Part shown: one piece after another, positions 1-9,235 of the stretch | Numbering within the stretch: the stretch's first letter is position 1 | How the letters are laid out: each line of letters opens with the position of its first letter | Virus record (IMG/VR): IMGVR_UViG_3300047472_000449 | Length of the DNA: 64,000 bases | From: a virus | Direction: 5' to 3' (one strand) | Notes under the pieces: model-generated | Databases searched by the model: none | Told to the model about the DNA's origin: nothing | The model's input: only the letters and a program-made list of their open reading frames with translations | Position numbers and translations under genes: made by a program

Positions 1-624
1 TTACTTCGATGCCTGCAAGGCTGCTTGTTTGGCCTTAAAATTCATCCACTCGCTCTGGATCAGCGAGTACGGCACATAGATGAAGTTGTGGCTGTTACCT
101 TGTTCTGCGCCGATGTGCATGCCGATCACCTTGTTATCCGCGCCATAGACCGGGCCACCCGACATGCCGCCTTTGGTGCCGGTTGTGGTGGAGCCGGTGC
201 GGTAGGCGTAAGCATTGTCTTTGGAATCAGTCACGGTTTCGTTAGAGTCGGCGCCCTTAGCGAAGACAACCTGACGATCAATGTCCAGTCCGATAATTTT
301 GACCGGCTCATTGGCTACGTGCTCACGCCACTGAGGGAATGCCGCTTCGGCCTTGTGTTTGAAAAATTGCAGGTCGCAGCCCTTTTCACAGCGGTACACG
401 GCGCCGTCAACTTGATCTACGTGACCAGCAGTGACCGCATACTCGCTGTCCCATTGGACAAACGACGCGGTGCGCTCGATAGTGCCTTCGTCACGCTTGA
501 GGCTGCCATATTGCAGCCCTTTGTGGTTTTGCAACTTCTGCTCAACGAAAACGTCACTTTGTTCTGGCAGGGATGAGCAGCCGACCAGCAGGGACATAAA
601 CGCAGCCACGATGACAAGTTTCAT
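1..624 (-). CDS. Trypsin-like serine protease lipoprotein
   Basis: Lipobox LLVGC; TAGH (His), downstream Asp, GMSGGPV (Ser) motifs. Confidence 0.85.
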   Translation of the reverse strand: MKLVIVAAFMSLLVGCSSLPEQSDVFVEQKLQNHKGLQYGSLKRDEGTIERTASFVQWDSEYAVTAGHVDQVDGAVYRCEKGCDLQFFKHKAEAAFPQWREHVANEPVKIIGLDIDRQVVFAKGADSNETVTDSKDNAYAYRTGSTTTGTKGGMSGGPVYGADNKVIGMHIGAEQGNSHNFIYVPYSLIQSEWMNFKAKQAALQASK

Positions 625-785
625 TCTGACAGCCTCTGTTATTTATGGCTCTATTATATGTGATATGGCCATTTTGTCAATCACAAAAACAGTTGCTGCC
701 CAGAATATGGCTTGCATCCCCATAATAAAAAACCGGCCTACTGGGGCCGGTTCTTTGTCCTATTACTGCTTGATGCTATCGAGGT

Positions 786-1913
786 TCAGTCGAGTGGCTT
801 TCCGGTGCGCGGGTTAATCAGGACGGCATCAGGATCTTCCATGGGGCGCGTGAGGGCGCCATTCTCGTTGATGTGGGCCTTCGGGCTGCATCGATACACC
901 AAGGCGTGCTCTCCCAGCGGTCGGTTGCCGTAGTACGGGCGATTGCGTTTGGCTTCCAGCAGTGTGGCACCCTTCCCCCAATAGCCGTTCTCGGCCACGA
1001 TGTAGTGCGTCAGGCGCGGATCGATGACCTTGCCCTGTGGGTGTTCGCCAGAAACAATCAGCGCCATCTGGTCGAGGAAGTCGATGATGGCATCGAGCTT
1101 GGTGGCAGATTTGGTTTTCGACTTGATGGTCGCCTTATAAGACCACTGAAACATGTCGCCCTGGGCTTTGAGCTTGAAATCTTCCCCGGCAGCGTCCAGA
1201 AATTTCTCGATCTCGCCTTGAGCGTTTGCACCGTTATCGCCTGAGTGATAGCACAGCTCACTGAAGTCACGGGCGTACTCCGCAAAACTCGCGGTTTCTT
1301 TCGCAGAGTCCGAAGATCCGCTCAAGAAGTCCAGCCAGGAGGCAATGATGTATTGCTGTTTGTTCAGTAGCCAGCTGTGAACATGCTCGGCCTGCACGGA
1401 GCAGGTGTAAGCAAAATTGCGCGAATAGCATTCATCAAGGATGTTGCGCACCGCTTCGTTACTATCTTTTGCGTGACGAGCTACAGCGCGCAGCGCAATT
1501 TGGCCTTGCGTCCCTTTTGCATAGATCAGGGAGAGAACGCCAATCAGGCTGTGATGCGCAAGATGGCTTTCAAAATATTCCACCGCGTCGAACGTCGTGC
1601 AAAAACCGCCCACTTTGGTGTCAAGGCTTGCGCTGATCTCGTAAAACAAGGAGCCCATCTGCTCAAGGAAATATGCCTTGGCGGGATCTTGATCGGCAGG
1701 AGGAGTGCCTACAGAGGCAGGAACCTTCGGTTTGCACAGGCCCAAGGCCGTGTTGAAGTCCGGGGCGCCAGCCAGCATCGCGGCGAGTTCATCGATATTG
1801 CGTTGTTTCAGGGAAATACCGAAGTTTTTGTGCTTCATGACCTTGGCTACATGGTCACGAAAACTCAGGAATTCTTCTTTGGATTCAAAATGATCAATAA
1901 CGGGCATGCTCAA
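786..1913 (-). CDS. Hypothetical protein, glyoxalase-superfamily-like N-terminal helical domain
   Basis: 375 aa ORF with GGAG RBS; N-terminal 'ELAAMLAGAPDFNTALG' resembles the G-x-x-D-W/F-N-T motif also at 2678..3376. Confidence 0.7.
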   Translation of the reverse strand: MSMPVIDHFESKEEFLSFRDHVAKVMKHKNFGISLKQRNIDELAAMLAGAPDFNTALGLCKPKVPASVGTPPADQDPAKAYFLEQMGSLFYEISASLDTKVGGFCTTFDAVEYFESHLAHHSLIGVLSLIYAKGTQGQIALRAVARHAKDSNEAVRNILDECYSRNFAYTCSVQAEHVHSWLLNKQQYIIASWLDFLSGSSDSAKETASFAEYARDFSELCYHSGDNGANAQGEIEKFLDAAGEDFKLKAQGDMFQWSYKATIKSKTKSATKLDAIIDFLDQMALIVSGEHPQGKVIDPRLTHYIVAENGYWGKGATLLEAKRNRPYYGNRPLGEHALVYRCSPKAHINENGALTRPMEDPDAVLINPRTGKPLD

Positions 1914-2164
1914 CTCTCCATTGCACGCGTGTAGTCAGTTCTGCTCGTTACCGCCTTGCATGCTTGGAAAATAAGCAAAGTAAGGGTTTTGGATGCAAAC
2001 CACGTTTTGACCACGCCTCGCATGAGGTGAGCAGGGCAGCTTCGTCAAGCTATCGAGGTACTGATGCGCTTAGTGGCAGTCATTCCGATTCGATAGTTGT
2101 TATTATACGCCTCTTTTAACAATTGTCAATAATGAAAACATTGCGCGTTTATTATGGCGATGGG

Positions 2165-2614
2165 TTAAGCCCGTTGTGCATGTTCTTTTATTTGTTCCAG
2201 GACACTTTTCTTCAGGATGTCCACAACGATAAACGCCGCGTAGGTTTGGCTGCCCTCCGGGGAATCAATGGCGTGATCAATTTCGTGGTTAAAAGAGTAG
2301 CAGTTACCCTCCTCCATGATTCGGCACTCTTCTCCCTGCCAGATCCTGGCATTTTTTGGGATGTGAAAAGGCACACAGTACGCCGTGGCCAAAAATTCAT
2401 CTAGATCGTCGGTGTGTCTTTCGACCCCTCCGTCTCCCAATACGACCATGCTGTGAACCTGTCTTTCGGCTGGATAAGGAATGAGCTTGGCAATCGAGGT
2501 GATCGGATCTTCCAGTTGCACCTGATAAAAGTGACGGCCTGGGTGTTTTCGCGCCTTCGCTCGCAGCGCAGCTGGGATTCTCGGTTTGCTTGTAAGTGTC
2601 AAACGCCTGATCAT
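2165..2614 (-). CDS. Aspartyl/asparaginyl beta-hydroxylase-like 2OG-Fe(II) cupin oxygenase
   Basis: HTD...FNHEIDHAI gives an HxD...H facial triad. Confidence 0.7.
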   Translation of the reverse strand: MIRRLTLTSKPRIPAALRAKARKHPGRHFYQVQLEDPITSIAKLIPYPAERQVHSMVVLGDGGVERHTDDLDEFLATAYCVPFHIPKNARIWQGEECRIMEEGNCYSFNHEIDHAIDSPEGSQTYAAFIVVDILKKSVLEQIKEHAQRA

Positions 2615-2677
2615 GCGCTTTCCTTTATCGTCATTGTCGTTGTGGGAAAGGCCCGCACAGGGCGGGCCTTTTTATCC

Positions 2678-3376
2678 TCAGATCCAGGAATCGTTGGTGG
2701 TGATCTTGGTCAGGTTGAAATCGAGATAGCTGACCAAGGCGATCAGATCATCCAGGTCATTGTTCTCGACGATCCAGTCCATCAACTCACGTTCATCAAG
2801 ATTGTCGAAGTCTTCGAAATCGTCTTCGTTCGGCAGATTGATGCCGTGGCAATCCATGATGTCTGCAACCGAGCGACCATTGTGCATCACTTTGTTGAAG
2901 GCCAAGTTGGTAATGTGCTCTTTGGCTTTCTGCCAGCTGCGCACTACCTTCGTGTCGGTATGCCGAGGCGAATCGGAATCACCGTCCAGTTCGATGACGG
3001 TGATCACCACCACCTGAATTTGCTCCGGCTCTTCATTGTCAGCCGTTGCTTGCTCTGGAGCATTGGCGGCAACACGTTTGTAGGCGTCCAGCAGCGCGTC
3101 GTAGCGCTCGCCCAGGACGTACTCAAAGTGAGTGCTGCCGTTCTTCAGCATGTAGCGTTCAGGGTAATCAAAGGCGGATTCGCCGACCGATTGCTGCAAG
3201 GCAGCAGACATGGTGTTCCAGTCGTTGAAGCCGAAGATCGGCGCGGCGGTGTGCAGCGACTTTTGCAGACCCAGTGGTGGGAAGCTGCGTTGCTCGACCA
3301 GTTGGCCGTGGTAGGCCTGTAGGAATGCCTTGTAACCTTCTGGGGTGTTCAGTGCGGCAAAATTGAGATTGCTCAT
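2678..3376 (-). CDS. Hypothetical protein, glyoxalase-superfamily-like N-terminus, acidic C-terminus
   Basis: GAAGGAG RBS; 'AAPIFGFNDWNTMSAAL' motif. Confidence 0.7.
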   Translation of the reverse strand: MSNLNFAALNTPEGYKAFLQAYHGQLVEQRSFPPLGLQKSLHTAAPIFGFNDWNTMSAALQQSVGESAFDYPERYMLKNGSTHFEYVLGERYDALLDAYKRVAANAPEQATADNEEPEQIQVVVITVIELDGDSDSPRHTDTKVVRSWQKAKEHITNLAFNKVMHNGRSVADIMDCHGINLPNEDDFEDFDNLDERELMDWIVENNDLDDLIALVSYLDFNLTKITTNDSWI

Positions 3377-3653
3377 CGTATGCTCCTTCGCCTGTATTGT
3401 TTCGTGCTCCTCCGATTACACAAGACAGGCATGGCTCAAGATGAGGGGTATGCGCTGAATGTTGGTGTGTCTGCGATGTACCCGCCTTTCGGCGTTGGAG
3501 GTGTGCGGTGCAGCCCGCTTCTGCCTTGCCCGTATTTCAGAGCGAAAGCATGTTGGAAACAGGAGTGATACTACACACTAAAATGCGGTTTGTCAACCAC
3601 ATTTACCGAAAGGTGATATCAAGGAGGGTTTCTTTGGCGCGGAATGACCTGAT

Positions 3654-4082
3654 TTATTCAGGTCTGTGGGTGCGATACAGCTCAATCAGCTGTTTCAGAT
3701 CATCGCTGTCTACGGAGCGCGCTACCCGGCCTTCATCAAGCCCTGTATGCCAGAAGTGGACGGTGGTTGGCGTGAATTCTAGGTTGGCTCTGCGGGTGAG
3801 ACCGCCACGGCGTTGGCGGGAGGGGTCGTTGAGCCAATTCGACCATCCGACTGTCAAATGCCCATCGTCGGTCAGAAAGATAGCCAGATCATCCGACACT
3901 TTTCCAAACAACTCGGTGAACCGGATGAATTGCGTCATGGAGTGAGGATGAAGGGACTTGTGTGTTTCTACTCCCACGCCTTGATTGGCTTCGATCAGGT
4001 CAATCATTCTGCTTTGGCGACCTATCCCATACAGGTCACCGATGAGTTTCAACTCGTTTTTGTACTGTTCTTTTTTATTCAT
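3654..4082 (-). CDS. Hypothetical protein
   Basis: AAGGA RBS before MNKKEQY; upstream TTGACA/-10 promoter. Confidence 0.65.
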   Translation of the reverse strand: MNKKEQYKNELKLIGDLYGIGRQSRMIDLIEANQGVGVETHKSLHPHSMTQFIRFTELFGKVSDDLAIFLTDDGHLTVGWSNWLNDPSRQRRGGLTRRANLEFTPTTVHFWHTGLDEGRVARSVDSDDLKQLIELYRTHRPE

Positions 4083-4214
4083 CCTTAAATGATAATGTTG
4101 AAAAACAAGCCTGTCAATAAGGCAAACTTTATTTGTCTGATTCAACTCTCATCAACACAGAAATACCAATACGAATCCCGGTAGCATAAAAATCCCCCAG
4201 AAGGGGGATCGTGT

Positions 4215-5246
4215 TTACTGGTGAGGCTCAAGTCCTGGCCTGATGCCAAGCTCGCGCCCTACTTCCTTGCGTTGGCGTATAACATCGGCCAGCATGCGCT
4301 TCATGCTTTCAATCTCCTTGTCGATGTCGGCCAAGAACCCCGGCGACGATGCTTCCTTGGCAAAGGCAAGCTTCGATTGCAGCTCGCGCTGAGCGATCTT
4401 GGAGGCCATTTCCAGGTTGTAGTGATCATCCTGACGGGCAATCGTTGTCATGGAAGGGGCAACTTGCCGACCAATCACGTCCAGTGCCTTGGCGATAAAC
4501 TGGCCCTGGTGCAATTTGGTGATGATTTCATCGTAGTCCCTTGGTAGCTCGCGATAATCTTTGAGGTAATCGCCAACCCCATTGCCCTCGTAACCGTAGA
4601 CTTCCTCGACCATTTCGATCAGGCGGTCTGAAAAGACGCAGTGACTGTCACGAAAGAGGGCTGAACCCACCGCAGGAACTTCGATGCCGTTAATGTGGGT
4701 TTCAATCGAGGAGAAATCCAGGGCCTTTTCAAGCTTGATCATGTGGCGCTTGATGCCCTCGCTGTTGTCGCCCTCTTGATGCAGATCATAAACCCGCACG
4801 TACTCAGCGGCCAGGGCGTGGCAATTGGCGATGTCTGACTCAACAGAGGCGTTGCCCATTTTGAAATCCATACCTTTCAGGGATTTCAGCAGGTCTACAG
4901 TGCTCTCGTGGATTACCATCAGGGAATACGTTTCGCCATTGACCACGGGATCGCGTGCCAGCTTATCTTGTATTTCAATGAAGGTGCTTGGAATGGACTT
5001 TTGATTGCCCTGCCCACTCTGTACCAAAATCTCATTAAATGTTGAGCTGAACGTTGTGTCGTCGTGCGGGACAACCCGGTTGCCGTCCCAGAAGCCTTCT
5101 GTTGGAAATGACGATATTTTATGGCTAGATGTGCTGAAATGCCCCAGTGCTTTAGGTTTTGCTGCGCTGATCAGGATAGCGACAACAGCATCACCCTCGT
5201 AAATGGTTTCATGTGTTATCGCATCCGTGATGTTGGTTGTACCCAT
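4215..5246 (-). CDS. Hypothetical protein
   Basis: 343 aa ORF, AAAGGAG RBS. Confidence 0.75.
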   Translation of the reverse strand: MGTTNITDAITHETIYEGDAVVAILISAAKPKALGHFSTSSHKISSFPTEGFWDGNRVVPHDDTTFSSTFNEILVQSGQGNQKSIPSTFIEIQDKLARDPVVNGETYSLMVIHESTVDLLKSLKGMDFKMGNASVESDIANCHALAAEYVRVYDLHQEGDNSEGIKRHMIKLEKALDFSSIETHINGIEVPAVGSALFRDSHCVFSDRLIEMVEEVYGYEGNGVGDYLKDYRELPRDYDEIITKLHQGQFIAKALDVIGRQVAPSMTTIARQDDHYNLEMASKIAQRELQSKLAFAKEASSPGFLADIDKEIESMKRMLADVIRQRKEVGRELGIRPGLEPHQ

Positions 5247-5310
5247 GGCGGGCTCCTTTGTGCTTTTGTTTTATTATATCAGTAAATGGCGAGCAATTAC
5301 CCTTGAGAGC

Positions 5311-5350
5311 TGTCATTGTGATTGACAATTTCAATCTACATCACTATACT
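5311..5350 (+). promoter_or_regulatory. sigma70 promoter with TGTCA-N7-TGACA palindrome over the -35 box
   Basis: TTGACA 5322-27, 17 bp, TATACT 5345-50; TGTCA 5311-15. Confidence 0.8.
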
Positions 5351-5359
5351 GGGTGAAAT

Positions 5360-5896
5360 TTGACGAACTGGACACGCACAATGAATCGGAATTCGAAAGA
5401 CCTTCTGGCGCCCTATACCTTTGGTGACAAGGTGAAGATCCTGCTGTCCAGCGAAAATGCCCGACACAGCGTGCTGCGCTTGTATGGTAGTGCTTTTGTG
5501 CCTCTGCGCAGTCTTTCCGAGCGCGGCGAGCTGAAGATCCTTAAGGCCGAGTGGCTGAACGGCAATGACCAGCTTAAATGGATCGGCCTGCCAGTGATGC
5601 ACAATGAAGCTTGGGACGATGCGGTTCAGATCAATTACGATCTGCGCGATTACACCATTGTCGTTCAAATGGAGGATGATTCCTTCATCGAGGGGCACAC
5701 CAGTCCGCGCTGTAAATGGCTGATTCAGGGTAATGCCAAGCTGTTCAAACAACTGGTCGGTGAGCGCATCGATCATGTCCTGACCGAAATGCTGTCGAGG
5801 GCGTACGATAAAGAGCTGTCGGATGCCAAATTCGCTGGGATGGCCCGCATCTGCGCCGAGCTGAAGAAAAAATCGTCCGTCGTTGAGCAAAAGTAA
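5360..5896 (+). CDS. Hypothetical protein
   Basis: 178 aa ORF directly after the promoter. Confidence 0.7.
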   Translation: MTNWTRTMNRNSKDLLAPYTFGDKVKILLSSENARHSVLRLYGSAFVPLRSLSERGELKILKAEWLNGNDQLKWIGLPVMHNEAWDDAVQINYDLRDYTIVVQMEDDSFIEGHTSPRCKWLIQGNAKLFKQLVGERIDHVLTEMLSRAYDKELSDAKFAGMARICAELKKKSSVVEQK

Positions 5897-5911
5897 AACA
5901 ATGTGCGGCCA

Positions 5912-5955
5912 CCAATGTCATTGTAATTGACATTGGTAGCCGTGCAGGGTATACT
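5912..5955 (+). promoter_or_regulatory. sigma70 promoter with extended palindrome ccaatgtca-N7-tgacattgg
   Basis: TTGACA 5927-32, 17 bp, TATACT 5950-55. Confidence 0.8.
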
Positions 5956-5993
5956 TTTGTCTATTCCCTGACCTGCCCAAGAGAGCTTTGCTC

Positions 5994-6152
5994 ATGATCA
6001 CAGAAGCACAAAAAGACAAACTGGTGTCGGCCCTGGGTTGCCTCGTTGAGTCGGCCAAAGCCGAAACCATGGACGGACATAAGGATTGCGATTGCCAACT
6101 GTGCCGAGACATTGAGTCGGCAGAAGCTCTGCTGGACGAGCTGGGCGATTAA
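5994..6152 (+). CDS. Small Cys-containing protein (52 aa, MITEAQKDK...CDCQLC...ELGD)
   Basis: Translated by hand, below the ORF-track cutoff; directly follows the promoter. Confidence 0.6.
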   Translation: MITEAQKDKLVSALGCLVESAKAETMDGHKDCDCQLCRDIESAEALLDELGD

Positions 6153-6424
6153 CCCTCTTCGCCGTCTTCATCAAATAGGTTGTCGAGCAGGTGTCGATCT
6201 TCGACAACCTGTTCGCGACTCTCCATAAAGTCCTCTGAAACACCTCCCACCCTGTCCAGCATCTCAAAAAACTCCGTCCAGGTTCCCGTCTGCGCGGTCG
6301 AAGTGCTTCCTGTTTCCGACAGTACCTCCTGATTACCTTCGCCCGCACCCTTTCCATCTGAGCCCTTAGGTGACTCAGGGGGCTGTTCATGACTGTTTAC
6401 AGGCAGGGTAACGGTCGGAGGCAT
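6149..6424 (-). CDS. Acidic small protein with VapB/VagC-like C-terminal motif
   Basis: 'WTEFFEML...VSEDFMESREQ' resembles the AbrB-family VapB C-terminus; no AbrB N-terminal domain. Confidence 0.45.
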   Translation of the reverse strand: MPPTVTLPVNSHEQPPESPKGSDGKGAGEGNQEVLSETGSTSTAQTGTWTEFFEMLDRVGGVSEDFMESREQVVEDRHLLDNLFDEDGEEG

Positions 6425-6505
6425 CAGGTGGGCGTCCTGTGGTGGTGATGATCTATTGCTAGTTTATCACGCCATGGAGCAGGTTGAGATCGAAGGAAGA
6501 GATGG

Positions 6506-6545
6506 ACGGGACGGGACGGGACGGGACGGGACGGGACGGGACGGG
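6506..6545 (+). repeat. (ACGGG)8 perfect tandem repeat, G-quadruplex potential
   Basis: Read directly from the sequence. Confidence 0.95.
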
Positions 6546-6692
6546 AGGAAGAGCCTACTGCTGGGCCACTTCCGCTCTTTGAGCGGGCTAAAAGCCTCAG
6601 CCCGTAGTACGGATTTGTCCGTGTACCAGGGCTGATTTCGGGTCGGTAGATTGCTGGCAAATAAAACCAGTAGGATTGAGCTTGAAGATGCC

Positions 6693-7430
6693 TCAGGTGT
6701 CAGCGGGGCATGGCACGACGGTATCGAGGGTGCCATTAACGTCCTTGGTCAAAAACCCCTCTTCATCAACGTCTCGGAACCGGGTGTTGGTTGTTCCTCT
6801 CAGGCCTTCAGGAACGCCTTTCAGGGTGCCTTTGGACTCAATGTAAGCCACCATGTAGGCTGCATTGTAACAACCAGCCCGCTGGCGCTCAGCGGAAGTC
6901 ATGCGCTCCAGTTCCCTGCTGAGGTTACGACCGGCGCGGATTTGCGTGTCGTCACTGCCCATGCCGATCAGGTAGATCGTGTAGAACATCAAAGTGGCGA
7001 TGGTTCGATTGGCCTCAATCCCCTGCCCGTCTCTGAACATCACGGCAAGGTTGTTGGCTGCATCGCCATTGACTTGCCAGACTGTCAGATACATGTCGAA
7101 GGCCTTGTGATAATCCAGAGGCTTGCCTTCGCCTGTCTGATACATCTTGGCCAGGGTGACGGTGGCTTTAGAGTCACCATGCGCGGAAAGGATCTCAAAC
7201 AGGGGCGTGGCTGTTTCAAAATCGCCATCCTGATACGCTTCGATGGCCTTACGGCGAATCTCATTGTCTTGATCGTTTTTGGGTGCCATTGGCGCAACGG
7301 GTGTAGAGACCGTGACCATCTGCGCCGTATGGACTGACGTCATGGCCTGTGGCGAGAGTGCGACACAGTTCTGAATAAACGGTATCTGGAGCAGAAGGAA
7401 GGCAGTTACGAACAAAAGTCTGCGAAGCAT
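6693..7430 (-). CDS. Secreted Sel1-repeat protein
   Basis: Signal peptide; 'ATVTLAKMYQTGEG...DYHKAFDMY' and 'AANNLAVMFRDGQGIEANR' repeats. Confidence 0.85.
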   Translation of the reverse strand: MLRRLLFVTAFLLLQIPFIQNCVALSPQAMTSVHTAQMVTVSTPVAPMAPKNDQDNEIRRKAIEAYQDGDFETATPLFEILSAHGDSKATVTLAKMYQTGEGKPLDYHKAFDMYLTVWQVNGDAANNLAVMFRDGQGIEANRTIATLMFYTIYLIGMGSDDTQIRAGRNLSRELERMTSAERQRAGCYNAAYMVAYIESKGTLKGVPEGLRGTTNTRFRDVDEEGFLTKDVNGTLDTVVPCPADT

Positions 7431-7459
7431 ATACGGTTAAGTCCTGCTTAATAAGGGAA

Positions 7460-7723
7460 TTAGCGATCCAGGGTACTGATGTCCAGCTCATCGACATGCC
7501 ACTCTTCGATGCCACTTGAGACGACGATCTGCTTGCCGGTGTACCCGGAGGTGTACTGAGCTTTGCCATAGCGATCATTCAAGAACGCCAGTCCTACAGC
7601 GCCATCGGCACTTTGATCGGCCATCACCATCGCGTCTTGCCCGGCTCGAAACTCTGCATCTGGCTTCACACGAATGAAGTCACCGTATTTCAGGGCAGTC
7701 GCTGGAAGCTGTTGTGCGTGCAT
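7460..7723 (-). CDS. Small hypothetical protein, paralog of 8210..8482
   Basis: LKYGDFIRVK...MVMADQ shared with LKCGDYVRIK...CVMADQ. Confidence 0.7.
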   Translation of the reverse strand: MHAQQLPATALKYGDFIRVKPDAEFRAGQDAMVMADQSADGAVGLAFLNDRYGKAQYTSGYTGKQIVVSSGIEEWHVDELDISTLDR

Positions 7724-7746
7724 GGCAGTCTCTTCAGGCAAGGGGA

Positions 7747-7938
7747 TTAATTAATGAATTTCAGGCCGGTAGCGATTTGAAGGTTATCTTCGCCCCCTGT
7801 GCCGAGATTAAACGTCTGATTAAGGTAATGCAGGATGATTTCCGCTTCGGTGCCATTGATGTCGGTACTCAGGACGTGGCCATTCTTGAACGTTACTTCA
7901 ACGGCACGTCGGCGGATTACTTTAGGGGAAATCATCAT
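7747..7938 (-). CDS. Small hypothetical protein
   Basis: Co-oriented ORF within an operon. Confidence 0.6.
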   Translation of the reverse strand: MMISPKVIRRRAVEVTFKNGHVLSTDINGTEAEIILHYLNQTFNLGTGGEDNLQIATGLKFIN

Positions 7939-7949
7939 TTATTTTTCAC

Positions 7950-8183
7950 TTACTGCTTGGAGGGGATAATCTGCAAGGCAATCAGCTTATCCATTGCCTT
8001 CAGGCCATAAAAACTCTTGCCGTTGCCGCCCATGCGTATCTCGGCACTTTCAACGCGGTCAATGGACACCATGTGATCAGCGAAGGCCTCACGAAATTCG
8101 ACCTCTGTTTCGTTTTCACGTGGCTGGCGAAATTTACGAAAATTAGCGCCGCGTTTGAGTGATTCAAAGTCTGGGAAATGCAT
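7950..8183 (-). CDS. Small hypothetical protein
   Basis: GGAG RBS, operon context. Confidence 0.6.
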   Translation of the reverse strand: MHFPDFESLKRGANFRKFRQPRENETEVEFREAFADHMVSIDRVESAEIRMGGNGKSFYGLKAMDKLIALQIIPSKQ

Positions 8184-8209
8184 ATCGGTTCTCCGTTAAT
8201 GGGGGTGAT

Positions 8210-8482
8210 TCATTGATTAATTCGGTGCCGCGTATCAATCGAACCCAGGTCAAGCCTGGAAACAGTCCACGTCTCGATTCGCGAGCAGATCACGGCACAC
8301 CCGTTGGTGGCTCGTTGCGACTGATGATTGCGATCACGGCCAAAGTGCAACTCAACATGCCCATGGATCTGGTCAGCCATGACACAAGCATCCAGGCTGG
8401 CACGCTGTGGATCGTCGGCCTTGATGCGAACATAGTCGCCGCACTTGAGGCTGGCGGTGGTGCTTGTCTGGTCTGCTGGCAT
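8210..8482 (-). CDS. Small hypothetical protein, paralog of 7460..7723
   Basis: Start reassigned to MPADQ; paralogy. Confidence 0.65.
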   Translation of the reverse strand: MPADQTSTTASLKCGDYVRIKADDPQRASLDACVMADQIHGHVELHFGRDRNHQSQRATNGCAVICSRIETWTVSRLDLGSIDTRHRINQ

Positions 8483-8498
8483 GAAAAAAGATCCTTGT

Positions 8499-8891
8499 TT
8501 ATTCTTTTTCGCTGGGGCCGAACATCCGTGCCCGAACGCTTTCGGCGGACTCGACCAGCTCCAGCATATTCTCCACAAAACAGGTCTCACAGGCGCCGTG
8601 TCCAACGCCGTGATGGTACATGTCCTGTGAACTCGGCTTCCCTTGAGGCCGTTTATTGTAAACCTGCTGGCCAATCAACTCGTAGCGGATCGTCAGCGTG
8701 TACATTGGCTTGCCATCCTCTTCACGAGGCGCGTCATGCGTATGCACAAAGAAGCGCAGCCCGGCTGCGGGATCATGGCGCTCTGTGCGAATGACTTCCA
8801 CCATTGAGCCAATGGGGAATGCATGCGTGGGCGTGGCTTTCTTTTTCATCGCGGCGTTCTTTTCATGGCTGAGGTGGATACAAATACCCAT
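8499..8891 (-). CDS. Hypothetical protein, tandem paralog of 8863..9231
   Basis: IGSMVEV...HDP..GLRFFVHTH...YTLT...GHGAC shared. Confidence 0.7.
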   Translation of the reverse strand: MGICIHLSHEKNAAMKKKATPTHAFPIGSMVEVIRTERHDPAAGLRFFVHTHDAPREEDGKPMYTLTIRYELIGQQVYNKRPQGKPSSQDMYHHGVGHGACETCFVENMLELVESAESVRARMFGPSEKE

Positions 8892-9231
8892 GGAAGGGAA
8901 CGTTCAGTCGTACTTTGACTTCATCCGCCGTTTGAATTACACACAAACGGTGCTCATCAATTTCAGTCGGGCATGCCCCATGTCCAGCACCCTTGTGGTA
9001 CGGGATGGGGATGTCGCAATCGACAGGATGACCATAGATCTTCAGACCAATCAGCCGATGATCCACGGTCAATGTGTAGCGTAGCGGGTGCAGCACCTCG
9101 ATGCTTTCATCCGGGATGTGGCTATGCACATACAACCGAAGGCCAGTCAACGGGTCGTGGGGTTCATCATCTGATGCAATAATCTCGACCAGCGAGCCGA
9201 TGGCAATTGCGTGCTGTCTGTTGTGTCTCAT
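8863..9231 (-). CDS. Hypothetical protein, tandem paralog of 8499..8891
   Basis: IGSLVEI...HDP..GLRLYVHSH...YTLT...GHGAC. Confidence 0.7.
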   Translation of the reverse strand: MRHNRQHAIAIGSLVEIIASDDEPHDPLTGLRLYVHSHIPDESIEVLHPLRYTLTVDHRLIGLKIYGHPVDCDIPIPYHKGAGHGACPTEIDEHRLCVIQTADEVKVRLNVPFHGYLYPPQP

Positions 9232-9235
9232 GGCC

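Noticed and set aside
2414-3322. 302-aa plus-strand ORF (also 6651..7337, 9101..9757, 9888..10505)
   Set aside because: Antisense to better-supported minus-strand genes that have an RBS and motifs.
6424-6736. ORFs with PSRPV repeats (6424..6660, 6467..6736)
   Set aside because: They are translations of the (CCCGT)8 microsatellite, with no RBS support.
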